Origin: Myxococcota bacterium
Lineage (GTDB): Bacteria; Myxococcota_A; UBA796; GCA-2862545
Assembly: GCA_039208735.1 (NCBI GenBank)
Contig: JBCCQY010000204.1
Location: 1 to 13,573, forward strand
Reading direction: 5' to 3'
DNA length: 13,573 bases
The notes below the pieces were generated by a model. That model saw nothing but the letters and a program-made list of their open reading frames with translations. It ran no database searches and had not been told where the DNA came from. How positions within the stretch are numbered: the first letter of the stretch is position 1; each line of letters starts with the position of its first letter. Both the position numbers and the translations under genes were made by a program. Shown here one piece after another: positions 7,984 through 13,573 of this stretch.

Positions 7984-9165
7984 TCAGACCGGTTCCTCGT
8001 GGTTGAGCCACGCAAGATCGTCGGGCACAACATCCAGCGGGACCAAGTCGCCTTCGGTGACCGAGGATGCGAGCCATTGCAGGGCCTCCGCCCGTGGATC
8101 ACCTGGCCAAATCTCTTGGTAGTACCAAGAGGTATGCACCCCACTGGCCCGCCGATGATCGTGGTGGAGCATGGCGGGGGAAGGCCGAAACGGGAAGACG
8201 CGGTGCCGGGCCGTTTTCGATACGAGCACGCCGGGCTGGTCGTGGTGGAGAGTCTCGTCACGCCGGTGGACGTCATCGATCAGCGATTCCAAGCGGACCC
8301 GTTGAGCGCGCGCACGATTGGCGAACACCGTATGGATGATTCGTTCGACGGCGTCGTCGGTGAGGCGGTCCTCGCGTCGCGTCCCGCCTCGTTCAATGTC
8401 CTGTTGTGCAAGAAGCACCTTGAGATCATCGGACACCGCGTTGGCCAGTCCCGTGGTCTGCTCGGGAACCGCATGTCGCCGCCACGTCCATCGACGACGG
8501 GGTTCATGCACCTCGGGCCAAATGGCTCCAACCACCCCGATATGGGGACCCGACGCTAATCCGACTTCGGTGAGGATCCAGTGACTCAATCCACTCTGGG
8601 GGCTGACGAGCAGCACCACCAGGTCCGTATCGGACATGTGCCACTCGATTTCACGCTGGAATTTTGTACCGAATCCCACGGACCATTCGTCCAGGAACAC
8701 GTGGTATCGCTGAACTTGGAACGCCCAGCACAACTGCTGGGCAATCGCGGTTGCGTCATCTCGCTTGTAGGAAAGAAAGACCCGCCCCACCACCCGTTTG
8801 GGGACCTGAGCCATGAGGATTCGATCGACGATCGCCGCGTGCCGAGCCGCGGGCGTACGCCCCAGCCGCTCCAGAACCAGCGCATTGGAGGGCTGGATCG
8901 CAGAAGGGAGTTTCCGGTCATCTCCCGCACGCTGAACCACGGGAATGACCGTGACCTCCTCCGTCCGCATGCCCTGCGCAAGGTGCTGGTTCAGCACGGG
9001 ATTGTACGTCGGTCGATTCCCTTGGAACCAGATCAGGACATCGGCATCCGCCACGCGTTCGACGAATTCGAGGCCCAAACGGATTTCCTCGCAACGCATC
9101 TGGAGGTGGGCCCGAACCGCCTCCAGCGTCGCGCTGTCACCAGCGTCGCACACCATGATCCGCAC
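7984..9165 (-). CDS. TIR-domain protein (central TIR_2-like domain, with N- and C-terminal accessory domains)
   Basis: RVFLSYKRDD...YHVFLDEWSVGFGTKFQREI...DLVVLLVSPQSGLSHWILTEV. The WxxxE Glu200 (nt 8566-8568) is at the TIR catalytic position. GTG start 9165 (alternative ATG 9156). Confidence 0.9.
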   Translation of the reverse strand: MRIMVCDAGDSATLEAVRAHLQMRCEEIRLGLEFVERVADADVLIWFQGNRPTYNPVLNQHLAQGMRTEEVTVIPVVQRAGDDRKLPSAIQPSNALVLERLGRTPAARHAAIVDRILMAQVPKRVVGRVFLSYKRDDATAIAQQLCWAFQVQRYHVFLDEWSVGFGTKFQREIEWHMSDTDLVVLLVSPQSGLSHWILTEVGLASGPHIGVVGAIWPEVHEPRRRWTWRRHAVPEQTTGLANAVSDDLKVLLAQQDIERGGTRREDRLTDDAVERIIHTVFANRARAQRVRLESLIDDVHRRDETLHHDQPGVLVSKTARHRVFPFRPSPAMLHHDHRRASGVHTSWYYQEIWPGDPRAEALQWLASSVTEGDLVPLDVVPDDLAWLNHEEPV

Positions 9166-9264
9166 TTGCGAACCCCCCGCGTGACTCCCGATGGCGCGAT
9201 TCTAGCGCGCCGCTCGGGGCCCAGATTCACGGCGGTGTGAACGATGTCTTCACGAGGCCCGAGA

Positions 9265-10752
9265 CTATTCGGCCGTCACGTAGAAGGAACCTAGGCACAT
9301 CTCGTCCGATGTACCCTCGCCCCAAGCCACATCGGACGGTTCACGAGCCTCACCATCGATGATGGGCTGGTTGGCGGCCGAGTTGTCCCAGGCACACCCC
9401 ATCCATAGCGAGTCGCCGGGCTGGAAGACGACCGGTTCAGACAAGGTGTACGACCCCTGCCAGTTGAAGTCCCAATCTGGATTTTCAAGCAAGCAAGACG
9501 TCGAGCCATCCGCATGCTGCACTTCGGTCCGCTGGGTGCTCCCCAGTTCGTGCATGTGGTGGTTGGCACTATGAATGACCAGGGACTCATCGTCCGCTAG
9601 GCCGAGGCTCTGCCGGGCGGCGAGAACCAAGATGGAGTCGAAGTCCGCGGTGGTGTCATGGGCCACGTTGTCAGCCCCGGCAGGAATGTCCATGGGGTCG
9701 CCAAACATCCCATTGGTGACCCAACCGAGGTCGACGACGGCAAGATTCACGGCTTCACGTTCGACCGTTGGCACCGTTGCGATCTCGATGGTGGACTGAT
9801 CGGCCACCGGTGAGGCAGACTGCGTGTTGTAGTGCATCTGCACGATCAACATGGACCCAGGTTCAACCCGGATGCCGGTACCTGCGGGGTAGGGATTGGC
9901 GGGCACTCCGGGCACCCATGAGCCGATCGATGCGAATCCTGCGGAACTGGCGTTTCGGTCTCCACCCAACAGTTCGGTGATCAACGCGGTCATTTGCTCG
10001 CTCGTGACCTTCCCTGCCTGCAAGTCGGCGAGCGTGAGGCCAAGTTTGTTCAACGCCGCGATCAACCGTTGCGGGTCGAGGTTGCCAAGCCCGCCCCCGC
10101 CGCCGTCTTCGGTGCTTCCGCGCGGCCCTCCGTAGCAGGTGTAGCCAGGACCGTCTTCTGCGGCATCGTAGGCCTCATACTGAGCCACCTGTTCAGGACT
10201 TGCCACAAACACGATGGTGTGGTGAACAATGGCCCGCTGATCGGGGGTCACGCGAAGGCCGGTCACGTAGCGTGGCTCGTCGTAGGGCCATGGAATGAGC
10301 TGGCAGCGATAGTCATCGGGCTCGAGCTGCGGCGTGTAGGGTTCAGGCAACTGCAGTCGCAGTTCCGCCTCGAAGGTCTCTGCCTCGGGTGCGATGGACG
10401 GCGCATCGTCAGGGTCGCCCTCTGGCATCTCGGCATCGAGCCATGCCATCAGCGTCTCCCGCTCGGCGGCGGTCAGATCGAAGTTGCCCTCATAGCTGTT
10501 GCAGTCATCGGACGGCTGCCATGGCGGCATGGTGCCGTTTTCGATGCTCGACCGAACCGGTACCGCGAACTCGGTCAACTCTTCGAAGGTGGTGAGCGGA
10601 AACGGGCCAATGTCACCTTCCTGATGGCAGCTCGCGCACTTGGCATCGATGATGACCTTCGCGTCACCATAGTAGGTGGGCTCGTCGTCGTTGCTCCCAC
10701 AGCCCATCGCGAGGGCCAGGGAAAGGCCGAACGCGGCCGATCGGACATGCAT
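9265..10752 (-). CDS. Lipoprotein with N-terminal c-type cytochrome domain and copper type II (DBH/PHM-like) monooxygenase domains
   Basis: Lipobox LALAMG-C; CASCH heme motif with a candidate MPP axial Met; DDYRC, IVHHTIV and QMHY (CuH His ligands); HHMHELG and DEMC (CuM His/His/Met); WDFNWQ. ATG 10752 has GGAG upstream and gives a normal-length signal peptide, so I prefer it to 10806. Confidence 0.85.
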   Translation of the reverse strand: MHVRSAAFGLSLALAMGCGSNDDEPTYYGDAKVIIDAKCASCHQEGDIGPFPLTTFEELTEFAVPVRSSIENGTMPPWQPSDDCNSYEGNFDLTAAERETLMAWLDAEMPEGDPDDAPSIAPEAETFEAELRLQLPEPYTPQLEPDDYRCQLIPWPYDEPRYVTGLRVTPDQRAIVHHTIVFVASPEQVAQYEAYDAAEDGPGYTCYGGPRGSTEDGGGGGLGNLDPQRLIAALNKLGLTLADLQAGKVTSEQMTALITELLGGDRNASSAGFASIGSWVPGVPANPYPAGTGIRVEPGSMLIVQMHYNTQSASPVADQSTIEIATVPTVEREAVNLAVVDLGWVTNGMFGDPMDIPAGADNVAHDTTADFDSILVLAARQSLGLADDESLVIHSANHHMHELGSTQRTEVQHADGSTSCLLENPDWDFNWQGSYTLSEPVVFQPGDSLWMGCAWDNSAANQPIIDGEAREPSDVAWGEGTSDEMCLGSFYVTAE

Positions 10753-10819
10753 GGCATTCTCCAGCGGTTGCCCTTGCAGCATGTCGGAGGCGTGTTGGGC
10801 AAACATGGAGCGCCATCAG

Positions 10820-12175
10820 TCACCCGTCAGACGCCTCCTCGCGGAACGGCAAACGCTCCCATCCCTCCGAGGTCCGCTGGAACGACACGCTCTCTCCGAG
10901 CGGCGACCACGGCCACTTCTGCTCGATATCGATTTGCGCAACCTCGGGCGCAAGTCCTTGGAGAATGCCCTTGACCAGGACCTTGCTCACCAACTCTACG
11001 CCTTCAATACGGATTTCCCTCACTCGGAGGTAGGAGAGTCGATCGGTCATCGTGGGAGCCCGGCCCAAGGTCACCCGAGTCACCGTGGGCAACTGTTCCA
11101 GGGTGGCTCCGATGCCTTCCAGGTGCCAATCCTGGAACTTGCCGATGTCGACCGAAACCACCGCAGGGCCGCCCACCAACGCAGGCAGGACCTCGTGCGG
11201 GAGCTGGACCTGACGGATGTGCTCACACACCGGGTGCGCGAACAGCGCGCTTAGAACATCGAGGGTACGCGGACGGCGAAGGACCGCCAGGCGCCGGACC
11301 GTCTGGAATCCCGGTGCCCCGACGAGCTTCCTTAGGTGGCTGCGAAGTTCGACCGTCTCGGGAAACCCACGCCGAAACTTCGGACTCGCGTGGCCGAGGA
11401 AGTCCTCTCCGAACCACAGAGCAAAGGCCTCACGCAAATCGATCGGTATCTCCACATCATCGGACGCCAACTGCCGCTGGATGAACGGCCCCCGGGGGTC
11501 ACCCGCCTCTACCAAAAGATCGGCAAGGACGGCACGGGGTTCATCGTCATCGGGGTCGGCAAAGATCGCGTGCAGCAGCTCTTCCGTCGTCACCCCCGCC
11601 TTCAGGGGCCCCTCGACCTGCGGTGGCGGATGAAGGGCCAACCATGCGTCGACCTGGGCACGGAGTTCGGCGGGCAATGGGGTGGGTACCGGGGCCAACG
11701 AACGGAGGGCCGCAATTCGCTTTGCGATCCGCTTCGCAAACGCCGAACGGTGGCGTTTCGTGACCTCCCGAGCCAGCCCCACAAAGTCAAAGTCGTGAGG
11801 CCCCCAGTGAGACAGGATCGTCTCGATCTGCTTCCACCACACTTGGTTTGCGGGCTCCGTGCGAAACATCAGCGCACGGGTCCATTCGAGCGCGGCCTGG
11901 AAAACCCGAGGATCAGGCCCTCGCGACATCAGAAACTCGAGCTTGGTCGATGCGATTGCGGCACGTCCCCGAGGCACATCGGGTAGGAGCGCGGGCAGCT
12001 CCTCGTCCGTGGCATCGCTCGCCCGGTACATCCAGGCGTCGTGAAGCGACGACCATCCGCCCCGGCTTATCGTAAACCTCTCACCGTGCAGGCGACTAAA
12101 CGCCTCGACCAGCCAGGCCAGATCGGGGTCTCGGGTCTCCCGCCACCACGTCAGTACATCCGACAACTCGCCCAC
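10820..12175 (-). CDS. TIGR02996 (repeat-companion) domain protein with degenerate leucine-rich C-terminus
   Basis: EELLHAIFADPDDDEPRAVLADLLVEAGDPRGPFIQRQLA (aa about 198-237, nt about 11465-11584), followed by FRRGFP and loosely spaced LxxVxxL segments. About 190-aa helical N-terminal region of unknown function. Confidence 0.8.
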   Translation of the reverse strand: MGELSDVLTWWRETRDPDLAWLVEAFSRLHGERFTISRGGWSSLHDAWMYRASDATDEELPALLPDVPRGRAAIASTKLEFLMSRGPDPRVFQAALEWTRALMFRTEPANQVWWKQIETILSHWGPHDFDFVGLAREVTKRHRSAFAKRIAKRIAALRSLAPVPTPLPAELRAQVDAWLALHPPPQVEGPLKAGVTTEELLHAIFADPDDDEPRAVLADLLVEAGDPRGPFIQRQLASDDVEIPIDLREAFALWFGEDFLGHASPKFRRGFPETVELRSHLRKLVGAPGFQTVRRLAVLRRPRTLDVLSALFAHPVCEHIRQVQLPHEVLPALVGGPAVVSVDIGKFQDWHLEGIGATLEQLPTVTRVTLGRAPTMTDRLSYLRVREIRIEGVELVSKVLVKGILQGLAPEVAQIDIEQKWPWSPLGESVSFQRTSEGWERLPFREEASDG

Positions 12176-12178
12176 GAC

Positions 12179-13072
12179 TCATCCCGGACGCCGCAACCGT
12201 TCGAACAGAAACGGTGCGGCCAAATGCCAGCCGTAGTGTTCGGGAATGTCGACATCGGAGTTGCCGACCTCCACGGGCACCGCTCGGTCTGCTGGCAGGT
12301 AGAAGGTGCCAAACAGCTGGTCCCAAAGGGTCGTGGTGTTCCCGAAATTGACCACGTGTCCACCGGGAGGCTGACGCGCGTGATGCCAGGCATGCACCAC
12401 GTTCGTTGCAAGGACGTACGACAGCATGCCAGGTTTAAAGTCAGCATTAGCGTGCTGCAACATGCCGTTGATGGACTTGATGGCCATCAGCACCACCAAC
12501 ACCTCGGCTGGAACCCCGATGAGCACGACAAAGGCGTTCTCGAGACCAAACGTCAGCGCCCCATTGAAAGGGTGAGACCGGCTCGTAGCAAAGAAATGCA
12601 GTCGTTCGGAACTGTGATGCACCGCGTGCACCCGCCAGCCCACCGACCACCCGTGAAGGAGGCGATGGCCTAGGTAGGCCCCCAGATCGCTCCACACGAC
12701 GGCGAGGGCAAGCTGAGCGGCAAAGGGCCACCGTTCAGGCCAGATGGGCGACCCAAGCCAATCTACCAGCCACACCGCAACGCTCGTGACGACACCGAGC
12801 ACGAATGCACGGGCAATCTGCGCCGCGCCACCCGATGTGACCAAGGAATGCAAGGTGTCGATGGCCGCCGCACGCAGGGTCAGCCCCCAGGTGGCTCGAG
12901 CGGGAATCCAGCGTTCGAGCAACGCGATGATGGCGGCAACCACCACTGTGAGAAAGCCGACCGAGGCCAAGGGAGAGACCCCCGCCTCGTCGAAACGGCG
13001 GGCGGCGACAATGGTGGCCAGCAGGAGTCCTGGGTACGCCGTGTGCCTCACGAACTGACGAAGCAGGTGCAC
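12179..13072 (-). CDS. Sterol desaturase / fatty acid hydroxylase family membrane di-iron enzyme
   Basis: His boxes YLGHRLLH, VHAVHHS, LQHAN and HAWHH; RSHPFN; NFGNTTTLWDQLFGTF; several TM helices; GGAGG before the GTG start. Confidence 0.93.
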   Translation of the reverse strand: MHLLRQFVRHTAYPGLLLATIVAARRFDEAGVSPLASVGFLTVVVAAIIALLERWIPARATWGLTLRAAAIDTLHSLVTSGGAAQIARAFVLGVVTSVAVWLVDWLGSPIWPERWPFAAQLALAVVWSDLGAYLGHRLLHGWSVGWRVHAVHHSSERLHFFATSRSHPFNGALTFGLENAFVVLIGVPAEVLVVLMAIKSINGMLQHANADFKPGMLSYVLATNVVHAWHHARQPPGGHVVNFGNTTTLWDQLFGTFYLPADRAVPVEVGNSDVDIPEHYGWHLAAPFLFERLRRPG

Positions 13073-13170
13073 GCTACCTCCGCAGGGTTGACCATAGCCG
13101 GACGCCGCCTCTCCTCACCTGCAGGTGCCACAAACGCAACAGATCGGTACGACCCTCGGGGGAGGTGTTC

Positions 13171-13573
13171 GTGCCCATTCTGCGTCTGGCCTTGCTCACC
13201 AGCCTCATGGGGTTGGGCGGCAGTTGCAACAGCCTGATTTTCCCGGTCTGGGACCGCATGGACTTCGATGAGCCACCGGCCGAACTGGGCCCCTTCGAAT
13301 GGAACGAGTTCCGCGTCGAGCTGCCCGAGGGAGCCGATGGCGAACCCACCGCGATGACCGTGTTTGAGCCCCTTGTCGACCCCTCGGCAGGTCCCGCACC
13401 TTCGCTGTTCTGGGTCTTGGGATCCAACGTCCAAGCCTATTACCACCAGAGCCTGCATGAAACGCTGGCCAGCTGGGGCTACATCGTCATCGTGTCCGAT
13501 GGCCGGCCCCTGACCTATGGTGCACGCAAATACCACCGGCGTACCGTCGAGTTGGCTACCGAGGCGATGGAGC
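13171..13573 (+). CDS. Secreted/lipoprotein alpha/beta-hydrolase-fold protein (chlorophyllase/polyesterase-like N-terminus; 3'-partial)
   Basis: Translated by hand; not in the ORF track. GGAGG at 13161-13165 then GTG 13171: MPILRLALLTSLMGLGGSC...LGPFEW...MTVFEP...GPAPSLFWVLGS...HETLASWGYIVIVSD. Open to the window end. The nucleophile motif is not visible within the window. Confidence 0.75.
   Translation, partial: MPILRLALLTSLMGLGGSCNSLIFPVWDRMDFDEPPAELGPFEWNEFRVELPEGADGEPTAMTVFEPLVDPSAGPAPSLFWVLGSNVQAYYHQSLHETLASWGYIVIVSDGRPLTYGARKYHRRTVELATEAME

Noticed and set aside
7249..9165. Calling the TIR-SLOG pair canonical Thoeris thsA/thsB, or a recently inserted mobile element
   Set aside because: No Sir2 or TM-Macro effector is present, so ths symbols are not justified. 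I saw no integrase, transposase, matching target-site duplication on both flanks, or obvious GC drop by eye (GC not computed).
7753..9240. Plus-strand ORFs of 268 aa and 219 aa opposite the TIR-SLOG genes, considered as a hidden effector
   Set aside because: No motifs, with composition typical of antisense frames; fully overlap the well-supported TIR/SLOG genes.
9994..10974. 326-aa plus-strand ORF
   Set aside because: Antisense shadow of the copper monooxygenase gene.
13048..13536. Minus-strand ORFs of 162, 117 and 64 aa at the right end
   Set aside because: Antisense to the plus-strand hydrolase-like gene, which has an RBS, a signal peptide and family motifs.
1..13573. CRISPR array, tRNA/rRNA, retron-type ncRNA or long tandem repeats
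   Set aside because: Intergenic gaps are all 200 bp or less and show no regularly spaced repeats or recognisable structural RNA; no reverse transcriptase or cas gene was seen. An Infernal/Rfam scan would be needed to exclude small RNAs.

Overview
GC-rich bacterial window. The gene repertoire (membrane Hanks-type kinase, TIGR02996-like protein, cytochrome c/copper-monooxygenase lipoprotein) suggests Myxococcota, by inference only. It holds 12 plausible CDSs, 10 on the minus strand; two run off the window edges and are absent from the ORF track. Left to right: membrane-anchored Ser/Thr kinase (partial); a protein with two tandem AlkB-like 2OG-Fe(II) dioxygenase domains; a small membrane protein divergent from a TetR regulator, with twin palindromic operators between them; a Tat-exported IorAB-like molybdo-oxidoreductase pair with its own triple operator-like motif; a compact TIR + stand-alone SLOG (cluster-3-like) two-gene module; a CxxCH + copper type II monooxygenase-like lipoprotein; a TIGR02996-like protein; a sterol desaturase/fatty-acid hydroxylase; and a partial secreted alpha/beta-hydrolase. 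The best candidate for a poorly described system is the TIR-SLOG pair (7249-9165): Thoeris-like nucleotide-signalling parts, but with no fused Sir2, Macro or TM effector and a tripartite TIR protein. The double AlkB-like fusion is second. I saw no RNA genes, CRISPR arrays or mobile elements. All family assignments are motif recognition by eye, not database searches.
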